Below are positions 38,101 to 50,336 of a stretch of 64,000 nt of DNA, piece by piece; position 1 is the first letter of the stretch, and each line of letters opens with the position of its first letter. Source of the stretch: Convolutriloba macropyga (taxonomy: Eukaryota); NCBI RefSeq assembly GCF_964194025.1, contig NC_134474.1, positions 24,428,001 through 24,492,000 of the forward strand, given 5' to 3'. The notes beneath the pieces were generated by a model. The model did not search any database. It was given only the letters and a program-made list of their open reading frames with translations, and was not told the DNA's origin. The position numbers were made by a program, and so were the translations under genes.

Positions 38101-38676
38101 AATTTCTTCAATTTCCCAGAATCGCTGTAAATTGTCTGGTTCTGAAGAAGTGAAAAAAGACTGAAGTTGAGTACTCTTCTTTTCAAGTTGGCTCTCACGT
38201 CCGATCACGAGCCAACCAAAACAAGATAGGCGGTAGGTAATTGGCTTTTGAGGCTCCTTGATTCTGTTGTCTCCAATCATCAGTTCTTCATAGTGTCCTG
38301 CTCCAATTATCAAGTCCACGGTGGATGGCTGATTGAAGTTTGGGTCCGCTAGACTGAGGTCCTTAAGTTTTGTCCAACCGCTGACATTCACATGATGTGA
38401 AGGCAGATTGCTGGTCAATTTAGTTAAGACGGTTGCTCTGATGTTGATGAAGTCTTCGTCCTTCGTTTTCAGAATCAAGTTTACTGATCCTTTGCTGTTG
38501 TTGACTTCTTGAACTCCGAGTCCAAAAAATCGGCCGTCGGCTTTTTCTTTTTTCAATCCAAGGTGTTGTACTGCATCTTCCGTGATGAGGTTGCTTTGGG
38601 ATCCTGAGTCTAAAATTGCTCTAATATCAGTTGTTTTTCCGTTGTTGTCATCTGAAACGATTGCGGTGGGAAGAAA

Positions 38677-38708
<32 letters not shown>

Positions 38709-40650
38709 CTTCTTCTTCTTCTTCATTCTGCGACTGTGCTACGGCTGTAAATTTTTCTTTGTTTTTGTTGACTGTTTTTGATGCTTGATTGCTTGCTTCT
38801 TGTGGTGACGTACTGCTAGTTGTAACCGTTGGCGCTGTTGAAGCTGTCCTCGAGTTGTTACTGGCTTCCAAATGCAAAAGACTGTTGTGCTTTCGTTTGC
38901 ATTTCTTACAATTTGAACCGTGGCATTGTTCACTTCTATGTCCAGGACGCAGGCAGTTGAAGCAAATTCCTTTGGTCTTGATCAACTGAGCTCGGTCCTG
39001 TACTGAAAGTGCTTTGAAACTTTGGCATTGATAAATTTTGTGGTTTTCGTCGCAACATTCACACGTTGTAGTCGCTGATGTGGCTATAAGTGAATGGAAT
39101 CTTCGAAGTTGTGGGCTTCTTGTCGATGACTTATGCTGACTGCTGTTGTGGCTGCTTCAAGGGCGCGTGTTCTTTCTTCCATGAAATTTTTCATATCAAC
39201 ATAGCGTTGGGGATTTCTTCCTGGTGATGAAAGTTCCCAACATTTTCTCGTTTTGGCGGGCAATTTCTGTGCAATCAGGTACACAAAAAAGATTCCCTGA
39301 TCGTCCACGGGCTGTCCAAGGTTGCTGAGCGCTAATCTGTGTTCTTCCACTGTCTCCATCAGATTTCGAAGTGCTTTTGGGTTTTCATTAGTTACCGGTT
39401 TCTGTGAAAATAATGCGTGAACATGGCCTCGTAAAATCAGACGTTTGTTGTCGTATCTGTTCCTCAGGATGTCGCATGCTGTACTGAAGTTTGCGTCTGT
39501 GATTTGGAGAGAGGTCAAAGTCTCCTTTCACTGATGTTTTTAGATACTGCAACTTTTGACTCTCAGTTATGTGGCTGTTGCTTGCCACTGCTGCATTGAA
39601 CTGGTCGAAGAAGGACGTCCAATCCTTGTAGTCTCCACAAAAAGTTGGCAATTCCAGCTTGGGCAGTTTCACATTGGTGTTGGCCGGTCCAGTTGCTAAT
39701 CGTGGTGTTGAACTTCTGGCTGGGGTTCTTTTGTACATGACAAAGCGGTTGATTAGATCAACATGTTGTCCTATCTTGTCGTCGTAATCTTCCGATTCTT
39801 CGATTTCTTCGTCGAGTCTGTCGGTGTCATCGATCAGGTTTTGAACTTTCTGATTCATGTCTGACAGGTACAACTGTTTTTTCGTCAACAATGTCGAGAT
39901 TTGTTCAAGTCGTATGAGCTCCTCTTCGCTGACATTTTGTCCAGGTCTATCTGTAATTGTTTTGGCTTCGTTGTTTAATCTGGTTGCAACGGTGCGGTGG
40001 GATGTTCTTGACTTTTTCAATCTCTCGAGATTTTCTGTCATTGTTGAAGACTTTTTTGATGCTTTGTTGTTTGTCTGTGGCTTTTGTGATTAATTGGTCG
40101 CTTTTTCTTTGCTGTCTCGCTGCCTTTGCTGTGTTGGTATTTGCTGTGTCTGTCTTTGCTGTGTTGGTCTTTGCTGTGGTGACCAATAAGACAACCGAAA
40201 AACACACGAAAAACGTTACACTTAGTCTTAGAACCGCAGAGGGGACGATTAATGCTACCTAGAGTGACGGTTTCGCCCTCCTTGGTTTTCAAAAAATTGA
40301 CTCAAAAAACACTTGGCATATATTTGTTCCCCACTAGATAACTCTTGTTCCGGGACCCAGGTTAATCAACCTGTCAGTAAATTTAAGATAATCAACTTAA
40401 ATCAACTGAGGGGGGATGGTTATCTAGTGGTTGTCCACTTTTTTTTGATGGTTAGCTTATTTTTGATACCCAAACTTGGCCTATCTTAGTCTTATGTACC
40501 TCCCCCGATAGAGAATCTAATGTCCAATGTGAGCTGTTCCTAACCCGCGTGCGTTTGCTCACTCTAATTCTAAGGTATATCCTATGATTTTGTTCGGCGG
40601 ACCAGAAATGAATACAACTTCATTTCAATATATTCGATTACTAATGAAGC
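35125..40650 (-). mobile_element. BEL/Pao LTR retrotransposon, frameshifted and 3'-truncated, antisense within intron 1 of SLC7 copy B
   Basis: Gag VKLPKLELPTFCGDY (39388-40041), zinc knuckles CFNCLRPGH, protease ILDSGSQ, RT YVDD, RNase H LHVFCDAS, NPADCASRG, LSPFFDG..IRVGGRL. Putative LTR end CA at 40609 followed by PBS TGGTCCGCCGAAC (40604-40592, tRNA-Tyr-like). Confidence 0.92.
38680..38724 (-). repeat. (GAA)15 microsatellite encoding poly-Glu in the BEL polyprotein
   Basis: Perfect TTC x15 on the + strand, in frame just upstream of the protease. Confidence 0.9.
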
Positions 40651-42469
40651 TCTGCTTCAACGCTTTTTTCGCTTATGTATAGCTTTTTGAATCCAAACGG
40701 AAACAAACTTGTCGTTTTGAAAGTTACAATTCTTGTGACTTTTTTAGGGCACGTGGTAATTCTTGGTTACAATTTTGTTGAGACCTTGAAAGTTCTTTTG
40801 ACCTTGAACAATGACTGAGCAGAAAAACCTGTTGAGCATATAGAATCCCCTCCCCCCACTAAAGTGCGATCGGAACCAGCAGTGTCAAAAAGCAGAATTC
40901 CTACAAACCTACGAATTTACAGTTTGCTCACATTCTCGGTTTTTTGCGCACTTTTATTCGACATCGTAATTTGTATGGTTATGTTTGTGCTGTCGTACAA
41001 ATAATTGGAATTGGACTGTTTTCTCAATTGAGCAGTTTGCTTTGGTGACGTACTTTGAGAATTTAAATAAAATCTTAGGCTGAAATTTCATTATCACATG
41101 ATTAGTTATGATACTTTATACGTATGCATTAAGATCGTTCGTAAAATCATATGTAGCCCACCTGATAAATGATCTGACAGGTTTAAGGAATTACATAATA
41201 TTCTGGGGGTTATATTAGTTAACGATTATTGATCTTGATTTAAGTCCTTCAGTTTATCCGTTTATGTATTTCGATCCAAGAACAGGATTACGACCGAATC
41301 AGGCTACATTTTCTTGGAAAAAAGAATTTGAAAGGATTGATAATAACTAGTATTTTGAAGGACAATCGACGCGGAGGACAGCCGATTTTGCTTTTAGCTA
41401 GGAATTTGTGACTCTCTATATTTTTTGATAATTTTATTTTATCATATACCTAAATTGTAGTGTATTGTCACTTTTTTTATTAGACTATCAGAACTATTTA
41501 AGTGCATTATCTTACATTAGTTTAATCACATACGGTAATTTAAACAAACACTCTGTTTGCGTGGAGACGAAACAGCCCCGGTTTTTGCTTTGTCAATGTA
41601 CAGAGTGATTGAAGACGTCGAAACAGAATTTGACTGCAAAGTTATTTGATTATCGAAGTTGTTTTTCCACAAAAAACTCTCTATTTAAATTGGACCCTTC
41701 TCAATTTTCAGAAACCGAGCATATCATAGCGCACCACGGAGAGTCACCGTAAGTGTCGTTGATGTACGGCTTATGGTCTTAAGTGTAAAGTGAAAGACTT
41801 AATTTTAACTATTTTTAGAAGCATTTTTCCAAGAAAAAAATTTTCTAAATTGCGCTAGACTTTTTCTCAGAAAGTTTAAAAACTGTGAAAGAGTTAGTGA
41901 AAACTGGTGCCGTCCTGGGTAATTATATATGACAAAAACGTTAGATATCTTAGATTAAGTCTGTCTTGAACCTTCGGGGGGATTTGAGATTCGTGTTAGT
42001 AATTGCTCTCAAACAAAATTTGTGGCTTGTGCTTTCCCAATGTATCTTTTGGGTGGCAGATTTCTAAAGTTTTAAGACTGTTTGTTTCACGACTTACTTT
42101 TGACTATCCCAGATGTTTTTATAATACAATAATTTCAGATCTCAAGATTCCAGTGATTGTTCTTTTTTACGAGAAATAAAATTTTGTCTCAAGTTCTTTT
42201 TGTCGTTTTTGAATAGCATTTAAATGGCGTTGTACTTGATTTTAATTTTGATTGCTCCAACAATATCAGTGCTGAAATTCCTCCCGTTATAACGGGATGG
42301 ATTTTGTTACCTAATTTTTCAAATAAATCTTGTGAAGTTTAACTGTTTCCTCGGTGTTTGAGTTGTTTTGGGAGACCCAATGCTTCGAGTCGATTCCGGA
42401 ATTCGTCGGGCCTGCCGTTTTCGTCAATATTCTTGTTACAAGCATATGACTTCACATTCACTTCGGATC

Positions 42470-42882
42470 TGATTTTTGTTCACTCACTCTTGCAATGTTG
42501 ACTGAATTGCGTGCGTGACATCATATTCCACTCTAATGGCGCGAGTTGTCGTTGTTCGTTCGCATCAATAAGTTTTTGGTCACATGTGACTTACTTCTTT
42601 CTCAAAAATGACTCCCTTGATCTCAAATTGATTTTTGATAGCTTTAATTGAAGAAGATGTCCAGTCAGTCTGTCACTCTAAAAAAGTTTTTTTTTTCGAG
42701 AGCAGCTAACTGAAGGGAAGTATATGTTATCCAATTGCTTCTTAAGAAATATAACATCTCAACATTTAGTTAAACAACTGGAATTTCTCTTCTGCGATCT
42801 GATTTTTTCATATGCATTTTAAGAAGGCACGTCTACTAAGCTATCGCAGCTTATTTTCTAGCAATCTGTCGGCTATGTTTTA
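42470..42882 (+). repeat. Interspersed repeat family R2, copy 3
   Basis: Colinear similarity to 3660-4056 and 22322-22716. Confidence 0.7.
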
Positions 42883-44314
42883 ACTTTGTGGGAAATTTGT
42901 TTGCGACTTTTGATACATTTCTGGTAAGATCTAAATAATTTTGATTGTTTTGTAAAATGAACTGAATCTGTTTAGCCCAATTAATTGAAAAAGTCCAAAT
43001 TGATTAAAGTTTTATTGCTCCATTACAACTTGCTCGAGTCATTCTTGCTAGAGTATATAAAATATTTTTGTTTAATTTTTGTTCATTTGTCTGGCGACTA
43101 CGTTTCTCGACTCTGGCAGGATTCAGAGATGATTAGAAAATGTCAAGCTACCAGCGATTGTTCCATTTTAAAGTTGATGATGTCTGAAGACTAGTAGATA
43201 AAAGAGGAGCCAATCAATAAATAAAGTTTTTAGAAATCAAATTAGTTAAAAATTGAGCATCACAATACTTCAATTCAACATCCGCATGTTGAAGTGTTTG
43301 CTGTGAAAAAATGTCGAATTCGAAGTTCTTTGGAATCCTCAAATTATTGTTTCCAAATTGAACGAAAAGAGAAGAAAGCGTATTTTGGCAAAAAGTAGCC
43401 ATTTTCTTTGCGTTGATAAACGGGTGTTTATCAACGCAAATAAAATGGATACTTTTGCCACAGCTGGTTGTAAGTATTTAAATTTTTTGCGAACGACAGA
43501 ATACTTTTACTGCCAACAATTTTTAAATCGATTAAACAAAGCAACTACTAGTAGTCTTCTAGCGTCAATTAAAGCGGTGATACTGAAAGAAATGTTTTGA
43601 AAGGAAAAAATCATTGAATTAAGTGAACTCTGAAAATATACAGACATTAGTTATAATTAGAATTGCTGGAAAATATCAAATTTCGTTTTTCACCTGAATA
43701 TTCTGCGAAACTATTTCTCATTGAGAGGCACCAGAAATAAGCAAAAGCCCAGAATTGTTTGTTTTATAACTGTTATAACTGTTTGCCTGGTATGTCGCGG
43801 GATTCTAATTTTCTTCTGTCTATATTACCTCGAACTTTCGACCCATTTGTCCGATTAAGTCTGATTTCATGACTTTTGAACAACTTTTAGGAAAGTGTAA
43901 TCATTTTATTTTTAAGCTTTGTTTGCTCGTTCGTCTTTCCAAGATTTTTTGTAGCAAGACGTATTTTTTTTTTAAAAAATTAGGTTAATATTGACTTGGC
44001 ATTTAACTTTCGAGTTAATTTCGTGACTTAGAGTTTAATGCCTTCATCTGGTCATGATAAAGTCCCTTACTTAATAATGATTTTGATCTCATCCACAAAG
44101 TGAAGTTTCTGTCCTTTGACAAGTCAAAGATCAATTATTAGTTTATATTCCGATATTGCAGGTCTGCAAAAAAACTTTTCTGGTGATCTTCTGGCTTTGA
44201 TCAAAGCTGCCACCGAATACACTGATTTCAACAACACGTGTTTTTAACAACACTGGTTTAACCGAGACAAAAGTCGGCTCGGGGGTTGCATGATTCAAAT
44301 CGTTTTTTTTTCAG

Positions 44315-44539
44315 TTCGAGCAGTGACGGATGGTTTGGGCGTGAGTGACTGTGAAATAGTGTGGGCTGAGAAATGCTTCGCCCTGGTTGTCATCCTCATC
44401 ATCTCCTTTGTGAATGTGATGAGTGCCAAGTGGGGTGCCTACGTGCAGAATGTCTGTCTAGTCGCTAAACTGTTCGCGATAGTGTTCATTGTCTTCATTG
44501 GATTGGTTGAATTGGCCACTGGAACTACAGAGTACCTCT
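44315..44539 (+). CDS. SLC7A9-like: SLC7 copy B, coding exon 2 (probable GC donor)
   Basis: Acceptor T-run-CAG|TT; SDC loop Cys; VNVMSAKWGAYVQNVCLVAKL; donor T|GCAAGT at the position homologous to copy A intron 2. Confidence 0.85.
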
Positions 44540-45048
44540 GCAAGTATTTTAAACATAATCAAAATAATTACGCAAAGCGAGGTGGCAATACCTTAAACTA
44601 TCAAGTCATTTATCAATTTGTACCGAAGAAATCTTTCGGATCAAAAAAGGGGCTTTCTGCTTATCTTAACGTTCCTGATTTGAGTTGAGTTCGTTCTTGA
44701 AATGAAATCTGTAATTTATGAGTAATGAAATTCAAAAACCATTTTGAGGTTTTGAAATCGTTCGCAAATGTTGACGATTTGTTATAATATTGTACTAACA
44801 TTATATTGCTCTCGCGTAAATTAATTCACAATTCCGTGCTTTCATAACCTTGCTCTACATGTGATAAGCAAAAATTGCTCGTGTTTATACGAAATATTAT
44901 GGAAGTTTCGAGTTCAACGCTTTTGAGTTGAAATAGTTCCCATTTCACTTTGGCGTGTTTCGAAACTAATGCTCAAGTTGCTTTTAATTTAATAATTTAA
45001 ACTTGCTATGTAATTTAAAGCTTCTTAAAATTTAAAGCTGTCTTTCAG

Positions 45049-45306
45049 CTAAGGGCTTCGAAGGCTCACAGAAAGATCCCTTCACTCTCAGCCTTGCCTT
45101 CTACAATGCATTGTGGGCTTATGACTGCTGGAACACGGCTGTATACGGAGCAGAGGAGATGAAGGATCCCCAGAAGAACCTCCCCAGGGCTCTGTTAATT
45201 GGAATCCCTCTGGTTATGGTCTGTTACCTCATGACCAATCTGGCCTACTTTACAGTTCTCAGTACTGACGAGCTTACAAGTACTCTGGCTGTCGCAATTC
45301 TTTTAG
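45049..45306 (+). CDS. SLC7A9-like: SLC7 copy B, coding exon 3
   Basis: Acceptor TCTTTCAG|CT; KGFEG...ALWAYDCWN...EEMKDPQKNLP; donor G|GTAACT. Confidence 0.9.
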
Positions 45307-45640
45307 GTAACTACCTCACATAAATTGTTAACTTTAGTTGATAGAGCATAGTGCCCGATCTCAAGTTAAATGGTTTGGTGCTTTGGTTTGGCAACAATTT
45401 ATTGTCTTTTTAAACCCCAAAGCGTTGTTGACGTGAAGCATTTAAACTTTTGCGCCATCGTTACTGTTAAAATCTAATCGAAATCTTGGTCACGATTTTC
45501 TTTTCTTTTACTTTAAACCAAAACTTTTTCCTGGTTGTTCAAGCATATGTGGTCTTGGAAATACAGTCAATTTAGCCTCATTTGCTCTACTTCTTGAGAC
45601 ACAGGGTGTAAGAATTCGTTGCATGGCAAGTTTTTTTTAG

Positions 45641-46287
45641 GTGAAAAGACCATTCCGAAATGGATTCAATGGGTTATCCCAGTATGTGTCTGTTTCTCGA
45701 CGTTGGGTGCAACCAATGGGACTATCTTTGGAGCTGCCCGACTCACGTTCGCCTCGGCTCGAGAAGGTCACCTTATGAAAACTTTATCGTATTGCGACGT
45801 GAACAAAAGAACCCCCTCAACCGCTATTTACTTCCTCACAATTCTATCGTGTGCCTATGTTCTGCCAGGAAACTTCTCTGACTTGCTAAATTACTTCAGC
45901 TTTGCAGCTTGGTTATTCTATGGCTTGACTGTTTTGGGAGTTATTGTTATGCGCTTCACTCAACCGGACGCTGAGCGGCCAATAAGAGTGCCGATTGTTC
46001 TGCCAATCATTTTTGTCCTCATTTCGGCATACCTCGTGGTCGCGCCTTTGATTAATGAGTTTTCTTGGGCCTACGTTGGAGCTGCTCTTTTTATTTTACT
46101 AGGTCTCGTGGTTTATTATTTGCCAGTGGTGTATTTCAAGTTGTCATTTTCGTGCTTGGATCCATTGGTAAAATTCATCCAATATCTATTCATGGTGGCA
46201 CCATCTGGCTATAACGAGGACGATGCCATTGTGAAGAAGCTATCGTTGGATGATGATTATGTGCCGCCAGGATCCTCCGCTATATAG
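45641..46287 (+). CDS. SLC7A9-like: SLC7 copy B, coding exon 4
   Basis: Acceptor TTTTTTTTAG|GT; ASAREGHL, RPIRVP; stop TAG at 46285-46287. Confidence 0.92.
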
Positions 46288-47618
46288 AAAAAAAGTGTAA
46301 GTAGTTATTTTGAACGCGTCTTGTCTGCTATGAAGTTCGTAGAGTTCTTCAAGTTCTATTCGTAAGTGCTAGAGGTCTGAAAATTTACCAAAAAATAAAA
46401 TGCTCAGCAGGAAATTGTGTTATTTGCTTTTAAGATAATTTGGCCTGAAAAATCCTAGTTTTGAATTGTTGACACCTTTTTTTTCTTTTTCTATAAATAT
46501 TTTCAAAGCTATTTGTGCATGAAGGGATAAAGAGCAAGCATTCTTCTGTGTGTACTTTTTTAATTAGTCATGAATGTGAAATCTGATTTTTTAGAGCAGT
46601 TCAAATCAGGGAAACTCCATCGCTTTCAAAGTACATTTTGTCTATCTCTGCTGCCTTGCCCCTCAACATCACGATGGTTGCCTTTGATTGTCATCTTATC
46701 ACAATTCAGTGAAAAGCAACAACTCCTAGTTCTTAATGTTTATCGTAAATTACAGCGAACCAAATTGTCTATTAAATTGTTAGAAGAAAAATTTGCATGT
46801 ACTCATCTATTTGTATCAATGTCTCAAAGAGATTTGTTTGTATGTTGAAAGTAGTGTTATTGGTGCCATGCGTGTCTTTAAGTCTTCGTTGGTCAAAAAA
46901 TTTGTAAATGTTTACATCTATTGTTCAAAATTAGGTTGTTGCGAATTAATAAATATTGCTTTGAGTGTTTTAGACCGTATTGCTTTGAGTATTTCGCTGC
47001 TGTTGGCAGTTTCTCAGATACAAAGTTTTCGGCAATTATCTGTGTGCTGTTGTTCTTCTTAATGATTTTTCGCTGGATCGATTTTCGTCTGTCCGATTTG
47101 ACTTTTCGGGTAAGTTTTAACGCTTGACTTCTTGCATTTTGCCTGATCTAAATTGCTCTCATTCGTCGTTTTATGCAGCATAGTGCTCTGAAAATGAAAA
47201 ACGCGCCAAAATCGTTTCATTTTAAAAATTTAGCTGTGAACTCCAATAATATCTTGTCGAGCACCATAAGGAAGTTAAGCCCAGGCCTGGCGCAGGCTAC
47301 GGTTATTCTATTCTATTGATACTTTGTGTTTTGGTGGCCTCAAGAGGAGTTGTCGTTCCTTCATTGTTTTCTTAATGGCACTTTAGCTGAAAGCTATCGG
47401 ACCTAATTTTTTTTACGGTTTCCAGCACAAGTAAGTTCATTTGGCATAAAACTTGCTTATAAGAAATTCGCTATTAAATACTGTAGATGTCTTTGCGATG
47501 CCAAATTGTTTCACGAGCAGAGATATGAGTACGAGCTCATCAGCAATTATTTTTTAAACCCTCGTTGCTGAATTTTTTAGCCTAATTGTTGTGATAAATT
47601 TATTAAATAGTTTCAGAG

Positions 47619-48539
47619 ATGTCAAATGAGACAGAGGCAAATGATCTTCCCAACTTGAGATTTCTAGATCAAACCCCTATTCTGAACAAACAGGACGCGA
47701 AGCGGGCCAAACCTGATTCAAGTCCAAGTTCAGATACCTTCGATGAAGATTTATTTTTATCTAAAATTGACAAAATGCTCGAAAGCCGTATCAGCAGCAT
47801 CATTCCTGCTTGTATTAGTCAAATTATCACTCAAGTTCGAACGGAAATTCAAGTAGCTATTCCAAGTGCAGTGAAGCAAGCAGTAGAACAGGTCAAAGAA
47901 GAAATGAAAGCCGAAGTTATCAAGCATATTGAGGACGACCTTTACTATCAAGAAGAGCGCTGCAATGTAGCAGCAATGTCCCAAGCCGAAACTGTTGAAA
48001 ATTATACAAGAAGGGACAACATCCGTATTAGTGGCGTTCAGGAAGACTCAGATCATACTGGTAATCGAAACGTACCAGAGAAAGATTCCGTGACCATCAA
48101 AAAAGTTATTGAAGTTGCAACATCAATAGGAGTGGAAGTCGACGAAAGGGACTTCTCAACGGCACATAGACTCCCAGGCAGGAAAGCGGGTGAACGCGTT
48201 ATTATTGCCCGTTTTGCTAGACGGTTGGTGAAAACACAGATACTCCGAAACAAAAAGAAGTTGTCGGAAGTTGGAAGTAATGTAAAAATCTTCGAAGACA
48301 TATCACCTGCTAGAGCAAAGTTTCTGGCAATGATGAAAAGAGATCCTAGGGTTGAATCAGCCTGGACAAGGGAGGGCACAATTTTTTACCTATGGAAAGA
48401 AAACAAAAGAGTGTACAGAGTGTTTGATGTGCTTGAAGCAGCCAGGAACCTGAATTATAATTTTTCAGACTTTGTTAAATGTTTCCAACCATCCCATAGC
48501 AATATTTTTCCCACCTCCTCGTGCAGTGACTTCACCTAA
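47619..48539 (+). CDS. LINE ORF1 protein (coiled-coil + RRM + CTD type, CR1/L2-like)
   Basis: ENYTRRDNIRISGVQE...AHRLP...IIARF...IFEDIS...AWTREGTIF; intact 306 aa. Confidence 0.85.
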   Translation: MSNETEANDLPNLRFLDQTPILNKQDAKRAKPDSSPSSDTFDEDLFLSKIDKMLESRISSIIPACISQIITQVRTEIQVAIPSAVKQAVEQVKEEMKAEVIKHIEDDLYYQEERCNVAAMSQAETVENYTRRDNIRISGVQEDSDHTGNRNVPEKDSVTIKKVIEVATSIGVEVDERDFSTAHRLPGRKAGERVIIARFARRLVKTQILRNKKKLSEVGSNVKIFEDISPARAKFLAMMKRDPRVESAWTREGTIFYLWKENKRVYRVFDVLEAARNLNYNFSDFVKCFQPSHSNIFPTSSCSDFT

Positions 48540-48982
48540 ATCTAAAACTTCAAATTCTTGTTCACTTACTATTCTACATTTAAACGTTCGCTCCTTAAAA
48601 AGACATATAGAGGACCTGGAAGCACTTGTACATAGTCTTGAGTCTCCACCTGATATTCTTTGCTTGACTGAAACTTGGCTATCTAAAAACGACGACCCAA
48701 AATCACTACTGGTAACTGGTTACCAAAATGTAGCTTCAAAAGTTCGTGACTCAAAAGGCGGTGGCATTATGATTCAACTAACAGCTAACTGCTCTATTCA
48801 AAAAGAACTGGATTGCGTGATCGAGGAGTCTTTATTTGCCACCATAGAAAAACAAGGTTACGAGTTCCAGCTAGTGGTAATATACAACAAACCAAGAGCC
48901 AATAAACTTGATTTTGTGGACTTAGTAGAAGAAGTTTTGGGACATTTAAATTCCAAATGCTTGCCAACTGTAATATGTGGGG
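48454..48982 (+). CDS. LINE ORF2 N-terminal APE endonuclease (cut by gap)
   Basis: ILHLNVRSL, DILCLTETWL, GGGI, VVIYNKP, VICG. Confidence 0.88.
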
Positions 48983-49182
48983 NNNNNNNNNNNNNNNNNN
49001 NNNNNNNNNNNNNNNNNNNNNNNNNNNNNNNNNNNNNNNNNNNNNNNNNNNNNNNNNNNNNNNNNNNNNNNNNNNNNNNNNNNNNNNNNNNNNNNNNNNN
49101 NNNNNNNNNNNNNNNNNNNNNNNNNNNNNNNNNNNNNNNNNNNNNNNNNNNNNNNNNNNNNNNNNNNNNNNNNNNNNNNNNN
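48983..49182. other. Assembly gap (exactly 200 N)
   Basis: N run; the round size suggests a scaffolding join of unknown true length. Confidence 0.98.
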
Positions 49183-50336
49183 TTTTCAAGCAGCTTTTGA
49201 ACGAGAGCTTTTCGAACTATCTTCTCATTCGTATTTCTAGGAACTTCTTCAACTATCTCGACCTCTCGAAGGGTTCTACTTTCCTGAACTTGACTAGCCA
49301 CCAGATCAAGTAATTGCTGTTCAATCTCAGCTTTCCCAAGATGTTTTCCCTTCTCGGAAAGCACAACACAAGCTGTGGGAATTTCGACTTTGAGCTCGTC
49401 GGGTTTTCCCACAACGGCACAGTCGACAACTAAATCGCTTTCCATCACAATTTGTTCAAGCAGCGCTGGCGAAATTGTGAACCCGCAATACTTTATAAAC
49501 TCGCTTATTCGCCCACTTAAATAAATTTGAAACCTTCCGTCAAGTTTTACGAGATCACCCGTTTTGTAAAAGCCGTCAGACGTTAAAGCCGTCGCGGTTT
49601 TTGTTGGGTCCTTAAAGTATAAAGGTAGTTCGTTATGCAGCTTTATCACAAGCTCACCCTCAATTTCGGGTTCAGTAATGACCTTAAACTCATCTTCGGG
49701 GTCAATGACCTTGAACGAAACACCAGGAGCCGCCAAGCCGATCGATCGAATGTCCGAATCTGTAAATTCGTTCTGACAAAACGTGCAACTTGCCGTTTCG
49801 GTCGCTCCGTATGTGTTCCGAAGTTTAACCGAAGATTTCAAACCTGCTTTCTGAACAAATATGTCGATCAAGTCAAAATTTGGGCACGCTGAACCAATTA
49901 AAATATAATTCAACGAAGACAAATCATGCTTGTGAATGTCTTCATATTTTGCCCAAAAGTTTAAGTTAGCAGGCGATGGATTGATATGGGATATTTTGTA
50001 CTTTTCGATCAATTCCAGCTGTCCTGTGTAACCAGGGTTCTTACCCATGACAATATTTGCTCCATTAAAAGCCGGAATCAAAAAATCGAACACTTGACTC
50101 CCGACATGTGAAAATGCGTTCACGAGTAGGAATTGACTAGATTTGTTGTAACCCATAGTTCCAAGGACCGAATTTCTCTCGCAGGAGTGGATCAACATCT
50201 TGTGGGTAATTTTGACCGCTTTGGGAGTTCCAGTCGTTCCAGACGAAAATAGAAATTCACAAACACCGTCCAGTTCTGGAATTGTTTCTGGGTTATCTAC
50301 AGACCACCCCGTCCTTATTGCAAAAAAACCGTCTTC
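49183..50336 (-). CDS. ANL-family acyl-CoA synthetase (4-coumarate-CoA ligase / firefly-luciferase-like), large internal/terminal exon
   Basis: Acceptor TTTTTCAACTAG|GAA at 50336, open frame into the gap. Motifs FSSGTTGTPK, TYGATET, YKTGD, GRISEFIK, SPALLE, PRNTNEKIVRK. N-terminal exons not found. Confidence 0.88.

Noticed and set aside
41549-41630. Hammerhead/Penelope-like TTGAAGACGTCGAAAC with a nearby 8-bp IR
   Set aside because: The core lacks CUGANGA, and no consistent three-way junction could be built.
47262-47300. 5S rRNA-like GGAAGTTAAGC...GGCCTGG
   Set aside because: The similarity is too short, with no C-box or flanking 5S sequence.
48472-50198. ORFs spanning the N gap, suggesting LINE/acyl-CoA ligase overlap or fusion
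   Set aside because: Artefact of translating through 200 Ns; true adjacency is unknown.
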